64,000 bases of DNA from an uncultured Solibacteraceae bacterium (GTDB lineage Bacteria; Acidobacteriota; Terriglobia; 20CM-2-55-15). The position numbers and the translations under genes are program-made. Below the pieces are notes generated by a model. The model had not been told where the DNA came from, did no database searches, and saw only the letters and a program-made list of their open reading frames with translations. Each line of letters begins with the position of its first letter. The first letter of the stretch is position 1. The stretch spans positions 60,950 to 124,949 of the forward strand of contig CAZWGA010000001.1 in the NCBI GenBank assembly GCA_964633285.1. Reading direction: 5' to 3'. This document shows positions 52,203-62,429 of the stretch, piece after piece.

Positions 52203-53354
52203 ATGTCTCAACAGAAAACAACGTTCGACAAGGCCAACAGTTTTGTAGCGATTCGGCATCACGACTCGGAGGCCGCCGACTGCTACGAACGAATACGCCG
52301 GTTGCGCGAGAGGATTCCGGCGGACGCCTCCGATTACCGATCGAGCGTCATTCTTCGCGCTTGCCGTGAAGCGCTGGGCGAGGAAACCGGCAGCGCCGGG
52401 ACGGCCTTCACACTTCGCGAACATGTCATCGAAGAACTGAAGCGTCTCGATGAGGAACAACTGCCGCGATACCTTTTTTATCGCTATCGCTATGACGTCT
52501 ATCCGGTGACGAAACAATTGGACACTTTCCCGCCGTGTCTTCAGGTGGAGCCGACGTCGATCTGCAATTATCGATGCGTATTCTGTTATCAAACCGACAC
52601 GGAGTTCACCGACCGCAAGAATGGGTTCATGGGCTCGATGACGCTTGACATGTTCAAGAGCATCGTCGATCAGGCCCAGGGAAATTGCGAAGCCCTCACC
52701 CTGGCATCGCGCGGCGAGCCGCTGCTGTGCCGCGATATCAAGAAGATGCTGAGCTATGCCGCCGGGAAATTCCTCGCGCTCAAAATCAATACCAATGCTT
52801 GGTACCTCGATGAGGCCAATGCGCACGCCATTCTTCAGGCAGATCCGAATACGGTCGTCTTCTCGGCGGATGCTGCGGCCGAACCCCTTTACAGCCAGTT
52901 GCGGGTTCGAGGTAATTTGAAGCGCGTTCTAACGAACATCGAAGCGTTTCATAACCTTCGGGAACGGGAATATCCGAAAACGAAGTTGATTACACGAGTT
53001 TCGGGCGTGCGATACACGGAGTCGCAGAATATCGATGAAATGGAAGGCTTCTGGGCCGGCTTTGTCGATCAGGTTGCGTTTGTCGATTACAACCCCTGGG
53101 AGAATACCTATATCAGTCCTGTGAATGAGATCGCCAAACCGTGCTCGGATCTCTGGAGACGCACGTTTGTCTGGTTCGACGGCACGGTGAATCCCTGCGA
53201 TGTGGATTACAAGTCGACTTTGAAAGTCGGCAATGTAGCTACGGAATCTCTTCAGGATATGTGGACGGGCGGGAAATACTCTGAATTGAGAAACGCTCAC
53301 CTGGAGCAGCGGCGCCAAGCGTCGTCGCCATGCAATCGCTGTACGGTCATTTGA
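52203..53354 (+). CDS. Radical SAM enzyme with SPASM-like C-terminal Cys cluster (paralog of 45161..46297)
   Basis: ..EPTSICNYRCVFCYQTD.. and C-terminal ..CSDLW..NPCDVD..SSPCNRC... Confidence 0.75.
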   Translation: MSQQKTTFDKANSFVAIRHHDSEAADCYERIRRLRERIPADASDYRSSVILRACREALGEETGSAGTAFTLREHVIEELKRLDEEQLPRYLFYRYRYDVYPVTKQLDTFPPCLQVEPTSICNYRCVFCYQTDTEFTDRKNGFMGSMTLDMFKSIVDQAQGNCEALTLASRGEPLLCRDIKKMLSYAAGKFLALKINTNAWYLDEANAHAILQADPNTVVFSADAAAEPLYSQLRVRGNLKRVLTNIEAFHNLREREYPKTKLITRVSGVRYTESQNIDEMEGFWAGFVDQVAFVDYNPWENTYISPVNEIAKPCSDLWRRTFVWFDGTVNPCDVDYKSTLKVGNVATESLQDMWTGGKYSELRNAHLEQRRQASSPCNRCTVI

Positions 53355-53363
53355 TCTGAAGCC

Positions 53364-54122
53364 ATGATTTGCTCACTCCTGCTTGGACGTGAAGGAAGCG
53401 CCGGATTTCCGGGCAAGAATGTTCTGCCTGTCCTCGGTCGGCCGCTGATGACGTACCCGTTGCTTGCGGCACTGCACACGAAAAAAATCGACCGCGTCTA
53501 CGTTTCAACGGATTCGGCGCGCATCAAAGAGATTTCGCGCGCGCACAATGCAATCGTCATCGATCGTCCGGCGTATCTGGCAACGAAGGAAGCGTTGGGC
53601 GAAGACGCTTACGTTCACGGATATCAGGTCATTCGCGATGAATTGCGCAAGGAAGGCCAGACCGTCGAGTTGATGGTCCTGCTTTTTTGTAATGCTCCGA
53701 CGATCGATCCCGCGCTGCTGGGACAGGGTATCGACGCCCTCCGCTCGAATCCTGATGCGGATTCCGCCGTTACCGTTTCCGTTTACAACATGTGGAGTCC
53801 GCTCCGCGCGAGAAAACTCGACAATGCCGGTTACCTCCAGCCATTCGTTCCGTTCGAAGTGTTTGGAGATCCCAAGACACTGAACTGCGACCGCGATTCG
53901 CAGGGGGACGTATTCTTTGCCGATATGAGTACATCCATCGTGCGTCCGCATTGTTTGGAGAAGTTGAAAGCGGGTCTCCTGCCTCAGCGATGGATGGGAC
54001 AAAAGATACTGCCCATCAAACAGTGGGGCGGCCTGGACATCGACTATGAGTGGCAGCTTCCTCAAGCGGAATTCTGGCTGCGCGCTCACGGTTTCACCGA
54101 AACCTCAACGCCGTATGACTGA
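53364..54122 (+). CDS. Second cytidylyltransferase (CMP-sugar synthetase, CTP_transf_3 family)
   Basis: ..LLGREGSAGFPGKNVLPVLGRPLMTYPL... Confidence 0.65.
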   Translation: MICSLLLGREGSAGFPGKNVLPVLGRPLMTYPLLAALHTKKIDRVYVSTDSARIKEISRAHNAIVIDRPAYLATKEALGEDAYVHGYQVIRDELRKEGQTVELMVLLFCNAPTIDPALLGQGIDALRSNPDADSAVTVSVYNMWSPLRARKLDNAGYLQPFVPFEVFGDPKTLNCDRDSQGDVFFADMSTSIVRPHCLEKLKAGLLPQRWMGQKILPIKQWGGLDIDYEWQLPQAEFWLRAHGFTETSTPYD

Positions 54123-54867
54123 CAGGGTGCCGCACACGGACAAACGGGTCCTGATCACCGGCGGCAGTTCCGGCATCGGCGCAGCCACCGCGCGATTGCT
54201 GGCATGCGGCGGCGCCCACGTCGCCGTTCACTACAACCGGCGAAAGAAAGAAGCCGAGCAGATCTGCAATGAAATGGAGCGAAGCGGAAGGCGAGCGATC
54301 CCGCTGCAGGCGGATCTAACCGATCCCGCATCAGCCCGAATTCTCATCGATGAGGCGATTCGACAACTGGGCGGTCTCGACAGTCTCGTCAACAATGCGG
54401 GTGGTATGAAGGTACGGCCCGTGATGGAATTGACTCACATGGAATGGCACGACGCGTTTGCCTTGAACGTTGAAGCGCCCTTTTTCCTTTCCCAGCGGGC
54501 CATCGAACACATGCGTGCTAACGGCGGTGGAAGGATTGTGAACATCAGTTCGATCGGCGTGAAATATGGAGGCTCGCCGACAAGCCTTCACTATTCGGCG
54601 GCCAAGGCGGCGTTGGAAGCGATTACAGGGAGCCTGGCAAAGTTCGGCGCTCCTTTCGGTATTCTGGTGAATGCGATTCGACCCGGAATCATCGATACCG
54701 CGTTTCATAGTGAAACCTCAGCCGAGCAGATGGAAAAACGAGTTGCGATGATTCCGTTGAAACGCGCAGGCCAGCCTGAAGAGGTAGCCGAGATGATTAA
54801 ATACCTGCTCTCGCCTGCCGGTGACTTCATCACCGGCCAGATTTTTGCAGTGAGCGGAGGCGATTGA
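54115..54867 (+). CDS. SDR-family NAD(P)-dependent oxidoreductase
   Basis: ..KRVLITGGSSGIGAA.. ..NNAG.. ..YSAAKAA... ATG 54115 overlaps the upstream stop. Confidence 0.8.
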   Translation: MTDRVPHTDKRVLITGGSSGIGAATARLLACGGAHVAVHYNRRKKEAEQICNEMERSGRRAIPLQADLTDPASARILIDEAIRQLGGLDSLVNNAGGMKVRPVMELTHMEWHDAFALNVEAPFFLSQRAIEHMRANGGGRIVNISSIGVKYGGSPTSLHYSAAKAALEAITGSLAKFGAPFGILVNAIRPGIIDTAFHSETSAEQMEKRVAMIPLKRAGQPEEVAEMIKYLLSPAGDFITGQIFAVSGGD

Positions 54868-55850
54868 ACACCCGGACTTTCATTTCAACCGTTCCATTCG
54901 GCAATCCGTACCGGGAGCCGCTGGATCTCCTGGAAACTGCCGGGATTGAGTATCGAATCAATCCCCTGGGCCGGCGGCTGAAGGAACATGAACTCGCGGA
55001 GATGCTGGCCGGATGCGGAGTTCTCATTGCGGGTACGGAGCCCATCACGGAACGCGTTTTTGAAGCAGCCCCGGATTTGCAATTGGTTGCCAGAGTGGGA
55101 ATCGGACTCGACAATGTCGATTTGATTTCCGCGCGAAAGAAGGGCATTACGGTTTCGTACACTCCGGATGCTCCATCTCCAGCGGTAGCCGAACTCACCG
55201 TTGGATTGATGTTGAGTCTCGTGCGGTCGATCCCGCTTGCGGACCGCCACATCCGCCGCGCGGATTGGCAACGCCTCATGGGCAGGCGGCTCGACGGCCT
55301 CACCGTGGGCCTCATCGGACTCGGCCGCGTCGGAAAGCGTGTGGCGCGCATCCTCAGAGGGGGATTTCCCAATACGGTATTGCTCGGCAACGATCTCTGT
55401 CCCGATCAGGAATTCGGTCAATCGTGCGGTATCGAGTGGGTTTCAAAGGTGAAACTGTTTGAGGAATCGGACATAATTTCATTCCACGTGCCCCTTACAC
55501 ATGAAACGCACCGCATGATCACGGCTCGCGAAATCGAACACATGAAGCGCGAAGTGTTTCTGATCAACACGTCGCGCGGCAACGTGATCGATGAAATGGA
55601 TCTGTTGCGCGCGCTTCGTTCCGAGCGCATTGCCGGCGCGGCATTGGATGTATTCGACTGTGAGCCTTATTCGGGCGAACTGGCGGCCGTCGAGCGATGC
55701 ATTTTGACCGCCCACATGGGTTCGATGTCGCTGGATTGCCGGGCGCGCATGGAACTCGAGGCCACACAGGAAGTCGTTCGTTTTTTGACTGCAGGCAGCG
55801 TGCAATGCCCCGTGCCGGATTGCGAATATGCAATGCGCGCCGGTAACTAG
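54864..55850 (+). CDS. D-isomer-specific 2-hydroxyacid dehydrogenase family (NAD-binding)
   Basis: ..GLIGLGRVGKRVARIL.. ..NTSRGNVIDE.. ..AALDVF... Confidence 0.8.
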   Translation: MNTRTFISTVPFGNPYREPLDLLETAGIEYRINPLGRRLKEHELAEMLAGCGVLIAGTEPITERVFEAAPDLQLVARVGIGLDNVDLISARKKGITVSYTPDAPSPAVAELTVGLMLSLVRSIPLADRHIRRADWQRLMGRRLDGLTVGLIGLGRVGKRVARILRGGFPNTVLLGNDLCPDQEFGQSCGIEWVSKVKLFEESDIISFHVPLTHETHRMITAREIEHMKREVFLINTSRGNVIDEMDLLRALRSERIAGAALDVFDCEPYSGELAAVERCILTAHMGSMSLDCRARMELEATQEVVRFLTAGSVQCPVPDCEYAMRAGN

Positions 55851-55868
55851 AATTTAGCGGAGGTTTTG

Positions 55869-57530
55869 ATGATCGATGCGAATCGAGACACAACGTTCTT
55901 CGAAGTAACCACAAAAGCGGTTCTGCCGCCTTTGCCGAAGGACCCCACTCCGAAGAATTTCAAGGTGCTTCTGGTTTACCCGAATTACTCGATGGTGAAC
56001 CTGCTGCCCACCAACATCGGCATTCTTACCGCCTGTTTGAAGCAGAACGGTTTTACGGTGGATTTATTTGACACGACGTTTTATCGAACATCCGAGCGAA
56101 CGCTCGATGAGATTCGCGTCGAGAATCTCCAGGTCCGCAAGTTCAATCTTGAAGAAGCCGGCGTACGATTCAAGACGACCAACTACGTCGACGATTTCAA
56201 AAAGAAAGTCGCAGCCTTCAAGCCCGATCTCATCGGTGTGACGACCGTCGAAGACACGTGGCCGCAAGGAAAAAAACTTATCGAAGCCGTCCGCGATTAT
56301 CCCGCGCCGGTGATCGTCGGCGGAGTGTTTCCGTCGCTGGCTCCCGAGTGCGTCATTGAACATCCCGATGTCGACATGATCTGTGTCGGCGAAGGCGAGT
56401 ATGCCCTCATCGAAGTCGCAACACGCCTGATGAATAACGAAGACTGCTCGACGATCCAGAATCTCTGGGTCAAGAAAGACGGCGAGATCCGCAAGAATCC
56501 GATGCGGCCGCCCATCAGCATGGACGAAGTACCGTTCGGCGATTTCGATCTTTTCGAAGTCGAACGCTTTTATCGTCCGATGCAGGGAAAGGTCGTTCGA
56601 ATGGCTCCCATCGAAACCGATCGCGGCTGTCCCTACAAATGCCGGTTCTGTGAAGCTCCGTCGCTGGTGGGCCTGTATCGGGAACAAACGGGTCAATATT
56701 ATTTCCGGCGGAAGAGCTGGACGAAGGTCCGGGAGGAAATCGATTTGTACCGGCGGAAATACAATGCGGAGTACATCTATTTCAATGCCGAAACTTTCCT
56801 GGCGATGAGCGAGGAAGAGTTCAAGGAATTCATTCGTGTGTATGAGAATGTCCGCCTTCCTTTCTGGATGCAGACTCGTATCGAGACGATCACGGAATCC
56901 AGAGTGAAGGAATTGGAACGGGTGAATTGCAATCGCATTTCATTCGGCCTGGAACACGGCAATGAAGAATTCCGGAAGAAGATCGTCGGGAAAGGTTTTG
57001 CAAACAGTCAGATCGTTTCCGTGTTTCAGATCATGGACCAGTATTCGATTCCGATCACGATCAACAACATTCTTGGATTTCCGGGCGAGACTCGAGATCT
57101 TGTCTTCGACACGATCGAGCTGAACCGGCAGCTCGGCACCGACAGCGTCAATGCATACGTATTCACGCCGTATCGGGGGACCGCCATGTACAACGACGCG
57201 GTGACGAAAGGTTATGTTGATCCGGACGCCGAGACGAATTCCATTATCACGGGATCGATTCTCGACATGCCGACCATCAGCAAAGACGAAATTCTGGGTC
57301 TTGTTCGCACATTCAGCCTTTATGTGAAGTTTCCGAAGGAAGAATGGCCCGACATTCGCAAGGCCGAAAAATTTACTCCCGAAGGAAACCGCAAGTTCGA
57401 AGAACTCTCAGCGCGTTATTACGAGAGGTTCTTCGATCACGATTTTAAATGGACCAAAAAGGCGTGCATTTCGACGCGCGTCTATGATGGTCCGGTGCGC
57501 AAACAAGTTACCGAAGACATCACGAATTAA
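55869..57530 (+). CDS. Cobalamin(B12)-binding-domain radical SAM enzyme (class B; putative C-methyltransferase or rearrangement enzyme)
   Basis: N-terminal B12-binding fold (..LLVYPNYSMVNLLPTNIGILTACLKQNGF.. ..DLIGVTT..). ..ETDRGCPYKCRFCEAP.. CxxxCxxC. GGAGG RBS before ATG 55869. Confidence 0.8.
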   Translation: MIDANRDTTFFEVTTKAVLPPLPKDPTPKNFKVLLVYPNYSMVNLLPTNIGILTACLKQNGFTVDLFDTTFYRTSERTLDEIRVENLQVRKFNLEEAGVRFKTTNYVDDFKKKVAAFKPDLIGVTTVEDTWPQGKKLIEAVRDYPAPVIVGGVFPSLAPECVIEHPDVDMICVGEGEYALIEVATRLMNNEDCSTIQNLWVKKDGEIRKNPMRPPISMDEVPFGDFDLFEVERFYRPMQGKVVRMAPIETDRGCPYKCRFCEAPSLVGLYREQTGQYYFRRKSWTKVREEIDLYRRKYNAEYIYFNAETFLAMSEEEFKEFIRVYENVRLPFWMQTRIETITESRVKELERVNCNRISFGLEHGNEEFRKKIVGKGFANSQIVSVFQIMDQYSIPITINNILGFPGETRDLVFDTIELNRQLGTDSVNAYVFTPYRGTAMYNDAVTKGYVDPDAETNSIITGSILDMPTISKDEILGLVRTFSLYVKFPKEEWPDIRKAEKFTPEGNRKFEELSARYYERFFDHDFKWTKKACISTRVYDGPVRKQVTEDITN

Positions 57531-57539
57531 ATCCAGCGT

Positions 57540-58460
57540 ATGAAGGTAATCGTTTTTGGCGGAGCGGGCTTCCTGGGCAGCTTTGTCGCGGATGCTCTCA
57601 CGGAGCAAGGCCACGAAGTCATTATTTTCGACAAGCGGCCGTCGCCGTACCTGAAGGACGGCCAGACCGGTGTGATTGGTGATGTCCTGAACAAGCAGGA
57701 CGTTCTGAATGTGCTCGATGGGTGCGATGTTGTCTACAACTTTGCGGGTGTGGCGGACATTGCCACGGCATCTGAAAATCCCGCCGATACGCTGTACGTC
57801 AATGTCATGGGTAACACGGTGCTCCTGGAGAGCGCGCGTCAGAGAAATGTGAAGCGGTTTGTATTCGCGAGCACGCTTTATGTTTACAGTGAATCCGGTT
57901 CGTTCTACCGCGTCAGTAAGCAATCGTGCGAACTGGTCATTGAGGAATACTGGCGAGCGTTTAGTCTGCCCTATACGATTCTTCGCTACGGATCCTTATA
58001 CGGGCCGCGCGCCGACGATTCGAACTGGATACACCGCACTTTGAAGCAGGCTTTGATCGAAGGAAAGATTGTGAGATACGGCGACGGAGAAGAGATCCGC
58101 GAGTATATCCATGTTTCGGATGCGGCACGAAGCAGCGTCGAAGTTCTTGCCGATGAATACAAGAACTCCCACATCATCATCAGCGGCCAGCAATCGCTGA
58201 GGATTCGCGACATGCTCACCATGATCAGCGAGATGCTTGGGCACCGGGTCTCGGTGGAGTATCGTGTGCCCGAAAATGAGAATTGTTCGGGAGGCGGCAG
58301 TTTGCATTATCAAATTACGCCATATTCATTCCGCCCGAATATCGCCAGGAAACTCGTGCGCAGTTCTTATCTCGATCTGGGACAGGGCATGCTCAGCCTG
58401 ATTAACGAGATTTACCGCGAGAACGCCGATAAGATTCACTCGATGAGCGCCAACTCGTAA
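57540..58460 (+). CDS. NAD-dependent epimerase/dehydratase (SDR extended)
   Basis: [17 protein letters not shown].. YxxxK (YRVSK). Confidence 0.8.
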   Translation: MKVIVFGGAGFLGSFVADALTEQGHEVIIFDKRPSPYLKDGQTGVIGDVLNKQDVLNVLDGCDVVYNFAGVADIATASENPADTLYVNVMGNTVLLESARQRNVKRFVFASTLYVYSESGSFYRVSKQSCELVIEEYWRAFSLPYTILRYGSLYGPRADDSNWIHRTLKQALIEGKIVRYGDGEEIREYIHVSDAARSSVEVLADEYKNSHIIISGQQSLRIRDMLTMISEMLGHRVSVEYRVPENENCSGGGSLHYQITPYSFRPNIARKLVRSSYLDLGQGMLSLINEIYRENADKIHSMSANS

Positions 58461-58487
58461 CTCTGCCTGTCTTTCGTTTCAACAGCC

Positions 58488-59111
58488 TTGTTCCGATTTT
58501 TTTCACGAATCCGAAAAGAATTCTATTTGTGGATCGATGGAATCGCCGCACAACTGCCGGGCAATGCCGGAATTATCCTGCGGCGAATCTGGGTAGCGAA
58601 ACGCGTCGCGAAACTCGGCGCCGGAGCGACGATCGAAACCGGAACGTTTTTTCGATGCGGTAACAATATTTCGCTTGGCGAGTCCTTCACGTTGTTACGC
58701 GGATCGATTCTGGGCGCGTGTGATGGAAAATTGACGATCGGCGATCGCGTCTCCATCAATTCGGGCAGTGTTGTTGACGCATCGGCCGGGGGAAATATCA
58801 CCATTCACAACGATGCCTTGATTGGACCCAACGTTGTGATTCGCGCGAGCAATCATGCTTTCGATGCCGTGAACGTTCCCATGAATCGGCAAGGCCATAC
58901 CGGCGGCCGGATCATCATCGAAGAAGATGTGTGGATTGGCGCAAACGCCACTATTGTTCCCGGCGTGACCATTGGCGCGCACGCCGTTGTGGGCGCCGGT
59001 GCGGTTGTTACTCAAAATGTAGAACCGTGGACCATTGTAGGCGGTGTTCCCGCGAGGTTGATAAGAAACCGCCGGCCCGCCGCTTCCATCGTTGGTAATT
59101 CCGCTCTATGA
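58488..59111 (+). CDS. Hexapeptide-repeat acetyltransferase
   Basis: LbH repeats ..IGANATIVPGVTIGAHAVVGAGAVV... Confidence 0.7.
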   Translation: MFRFFSRIRKEFYLWIDGIAAQLPGNAGIILRRIWVAKRVAKLGAGATIETGTFFRCGNNISLGESFTLLRGSILGACDGKLTIGDRVSINSGSVVDASAGGNITIHNDALIGPNVVIRASNHAFDAVNVPMNRQGHTGGRIIIEEDVWIGANATIVPGVTIGAHAVVGAGAVVTQNVEPWTIVGGVPARLIRNRRPAASIVGNSAL

Positions 59112-61009
59112 GTTCCATCAGCATCGTTTCGCGTTCCCGGTGCGGCCGTCTCAATCCTGATTCAAAGGACACCGTGTGGATTTACGCGGGGACCGATTGC
59201 CTTTTCTATTGGAAAGTTTCGAATGGCGTGTTCAGGAACGTGAAGTGTGCGATCGAGCCGGGAGATTTCCAGACGTTCGTCACAAGGCAGCGCGCCGATT
59301 TTGTTCGCTGGTCCAACCGGCACGTATCGGCCTTCTCTGCACAGAACTGGCTTAGTGATCCCTTCGATAGAAATCCCGAGAACAATCTCTTTCTTTATTT
59401 CTGCTGGCTGGCATGGATTCAGGAATGGTTGGCGAATCATTCCAGCCGCCTCATTGTTGTCGTCGACGATTGCGCGATGGCGGCGGCTGTGGCCAGGCTT
59501 TCTCGAAGGAATCAAATCGATCTCGTAACCGATTACGGTGATCTTGTTTTCGATTGTGTGAAACGGCTGATGAGGGTCCTCGCTGTTTCGGGTTTTCGGC
59601 TCGTCGAATGGATTTACCGAAGTGTTCTTGCAAAAACAATACTGCGAGCGCCAACGCTATCTTCAAAGCCTGCGATTCTGATTACGACATATTTTCTGGG
59701 TAACGGTTGCATTGATTCCAACGGTGTCTTCAGGGATCGTTACCTGCCGGGGTTGCTGGAACTTTACGAACGCAATGGATTCGATGTCATCGTAGCGCCC
59801 ACGTTTTATGACATTCCGTTGAAGCATTTTCCACGAATCTACACCTTCATGGCACGTTCGAAAACGAAGTTTATCGTTGCCGAACAATTCGTTCCGGTCC
59901 GAGGCCAGATCGCCGCTCTGCTGTCGTGGTTGGCTCTGGTATGGCGAACGTTGATTCCCGGCGGTCCTTCGAGATTTATCCGGAATGAGGATCTGTACGG
60001 GACTGTTCGGGATCTGGCGCTCAGGAATACGCTCATCGCCTTTCCATTTCTCGTCAGTGGCCAGGTTCCCCGGTTCGCTGCAAAACGGGGCATGAAGCTG
60101 GAAGCGATGATTCAATGGTACGAGAATCAGCCGAAGGACAAGTATGTGCTGCTGAATTTTCGCCGGTGTTACCCAAACGCTATCAGCATCGCAGCGCAGA
60201 GTTACTGCATTTGCGGCAATTACCTCAGTTTGCCGATTACACGGGAAGAGCGAGCTGCCGGCATCGCGCCCGATCAGATTTGGATTCCCGGCGCTGCGAC
60301 GATGAAGATTCACGCCGCTTATGATGGAGAAGCGATTTCGAAGTATCGTCCGATGCCGGCACTGCGCTATCAACAGATATTTGAAACCGCGAGAAAGCGG
60401 CAGCATCAGAACAGCGGAGGAAAATTCACAATGACGATTTTGCTTCCGCATTCTGTGCCGGATTCGATTTACATGCTGTGGTGCGCCGCCGCCGCTATAA
60501 CTCACGTGCAGGAGCACGGCGGTGAAGTCCGAATCAAAACGCATCCTATTGTCACGATGCATGACATTCAACAAAGTGCGAATTCGAACGGAGTGAGGCT
60601 TGATGGGGCGATGAAGTGGGTGGATCTGCCGGTCGAGCAACTCCTCGTCGATACGGATTTGGTTCTGACCGGCGGGAGTTCCGCTGCGCTGGAAGCCGTT
60701 GCATGCGGTGTCCCGGCGCTGGTCGTCGGGTTCGTCGCCGGGTTGGATCTGAATCCTCTGGAAGCTGCGGACAAGAGGCTTTGGAGTCTCGTCTACGATC
60801 AGGAGCAAGCAGTCCGGGCAGTGCAGAGGTGGATGTCGGCAGATGCCATGCCGTCCAAAGAAAGGCTTGAGGTAGCGCGGGAGATTTTGAAAACTCACTT
60901 TGTCGAGTTACGCAACGAAGATGAAAAACTGTTTTGCCGCATGCTCGGGAATCATGCGATGACGGATGCCGGGAGTTCCAGTGTGAATCTGGTTCACGCG
61001 GCTAACTGA
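59108..61009 (+). CDS. Large hypothetical protein (633 aa), possible GT-B-like glycosyltransferase / capsule-polysaccharide synthesis protein
   Basis: C-terminal ..LVLTGGSSAALEAVACGVPALVV.. resembles a GT-B nucleotide-sugar-binding half. No confident family. Confidence 0.5.
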   Translation: MSSISIVSRSRCGRLNPDSKDTVWIYAGTDCLFYWKVSNGVFRNVKCAIEPGDFQTFVTRQRADFVRWSNRHVSAFSAQNWLSDPFDRNPENNLFLYFCWLAWIQEWLANHSSRLIVVVDDCAMAAAVARLSRRNQIDLVTDYGDLVFDCVKRLMRVLAVSGFRLVEWIYRSVLAKTILRAPTLSSKPAILITTYFLGNGCIDSNGVFRDRYLPGLLELYERNGFDVIVAPTFYDIPLKHFPRIYTFMARSKTKFIVAEQFVPVRGQIAALLSWLALVWRTLIPGGPSRFIRNEDLYGTVRDLALRNTLIAFPFLVSGQVPRFAAKRGMKLEAMIQWYENQPKDKYVLLNFRRCYPNAISIAAQSYCICGNYLSLPITREERAAGIAPDQIWIPGAATMKIHAAYDGEAISKYRPMPALRYQQIFETARKRQHQNSGGKFTMTILLPHSVPDSIYMLWCAAAAITHVQEHGGEVRIKTHPIVTMHDIQQSANSNGVRLDGAMKWVDLPVEQLLVDTDLVLTGGSSAALEAVACGVPALVVGFVAGLDLNPLEAADKRLWSLVYDQEQAVRAVQRWMSADAMPSKERLEVAREILKTHFVELRNEDEKLFCRMLGNHAMTDAGSSSVNLVHAAN

Positions 61010-61022
61010 GGAAAGATCGACA

Positions 61023-62429
61023 ATGGGTAAATGGGCTTCTCCTTTCAAGACAGTAGGCGGCATCGGCTCCGCCGGCGGTGGTGTGCCGCACATCCTGAAC
61101 GCGACTCAACGTGTGCACGCCGTCATCGCGGGTGCATTGTTCTACGCGGTCGGCAATTTCGGATTCTTGAACATTTTCGGAATTCGCCGCGAAGCGCAAG
61201 CGGTGTTGTTTGTGCTGTTGATCCTGCTGCTTCCGAGGTTGTCCGGTGTTGGCAGAGTCCGACGCGAGCCGTTGTTGTACCTGACTCTTGTTTTCTTTAT
61301 GGCGCGGCTATTTTTGCGGGACTGGACGATTATCGATATTTTCGATTCGCTGACATCCATAGGGATCATTATCGTGATTTTCGGAATCGACATGAGAAAG
61401 AGCGAGGCCATCTTAAGGATGGTCATCTTGTTCTCGGCCGTATTCTCCACGATGGTGATTGTTCAGGCGGTCATTATCTGGTTCAATCCTTCGTTGATTG
61501 CGTTTGTCAACTACCGTCCGTACTCCTCGATGTCTTCCGACGATCTCATTCAACTCCAGCACCCCATTGAGTATCTGGGATTTACGACAGGAGACTACAT
61601 ACGTGTGCTCGGGCGAGACTTCGTCCGTTTCAATAGCTTTGCTTCCGAACCCTCGGTTCTCATTTATTCATTCCTTGTGCCTGGCATACTTGCTCTGACT
61701 TTCAAAAACCATCTCGTCCGGCTCCTGAGTATTCCGATTCTGTTCTTTGCCGTCGTTCTCGCTGCAGCCGGCACGGCCTGGTTGTCCCTCGCGGTAGGGA
61801 TGGCGGTGTTTCCGTTCTTCTATCTCTTCAAAAACAGACCCCGCTTTCTTCATTTCCTTCCGTACATTGCTATTGCGCTGTTTCTCTTTTTTGTGATTAA
61901 CGTGGACAGCCGGCAATTCATGGCCGACTTTGATACATTTTTCCAGTCCTTTTCGGAGATTCACTCGGACCCGTCGGAAAAATATAGTTCGGGGATCATA
62001 CGTATTGGCTCGATCAGGGATACTCTGGATCTCGTCCTCGAGTATCCGCTCGGAGTCCCATTCAGCATCGGGCGAATCGGCGGCTTGCTCCTGACAGCCG
62101 GATTTGACGGCGGTTTTCTGGGAGTCATTGTCTGTCTCATCCTGTCCTACAGAATGTTTCGTGTATTGACGGCAGCGGTTCTCGGGAGTTCCGGAATCAC
62201 TCGAATCGCCATGTCGCTCGTGTACGGAATCATGATTCAGGTACTCTGCTTTTCCGACTATGGCTGGACAACTTTCAGCGGAATCATGATGCTGGCTCTG
62301 CTTTTGACGCGAGCCGAATACCTCGTCGCGCGGAATGAGTGGGAAATGTCTCGCGGGCCTGTCTTCCGTCCAGTGCCTGTGCCGGTTGCAGTCTCTGCCG
62401 ATCCGGCTTATTTGATCGAGCAACGATGA
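61023..62429 (+). CDS. Polytopic membrane protein, Wzy/O-antigen-ligase-like candidate polymerase
   Basis: More than 10 TM helices and a large loop. Lower GC than its neighbours. Placed with the flippase and sugar genes. Confidence 0.5.
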   Translation: MGKWASPFKTVGGIGSAGGGVPHILNATQRVHAVIAGALFYAVGNFGFLNIFGIRREAQAVLFVLLILLLPRLSGVGRVRREPLLYLTLVFFMARLFLRDWTIIDIFDSLTSIGIIIVIFGIDMRKSEAILRMVILFSAVFSTMVIVQAVIIWFNPSLIAFVNYRPYSSMSSDDLIQLQHPIEYLGFTTGDYIRVLGRDFVRFNSFASEPSVLIYSFLVPGILALTFKNHLVRLLSIPILFFAVVLAAAGTAWLSLAVGMAVFPFFYLFKNRPRFLHFLPYIAIALFLFFVINVDSRQFMADFDTFFQSFSEIHSDPSEKYSSGIIRIGSIRDTLDLVLEYPLGVPFSIGRIGGLLLTAGFDGGFLGVIVCLILSYRMFRVLTAAVLGSSGITRIAMSLVYGIMIQVLCFSDYGWTTFSGIMMLALLLTRAEYLVARNEWEMSRGPVFRPVPVPVAVSADPAYLIEQR

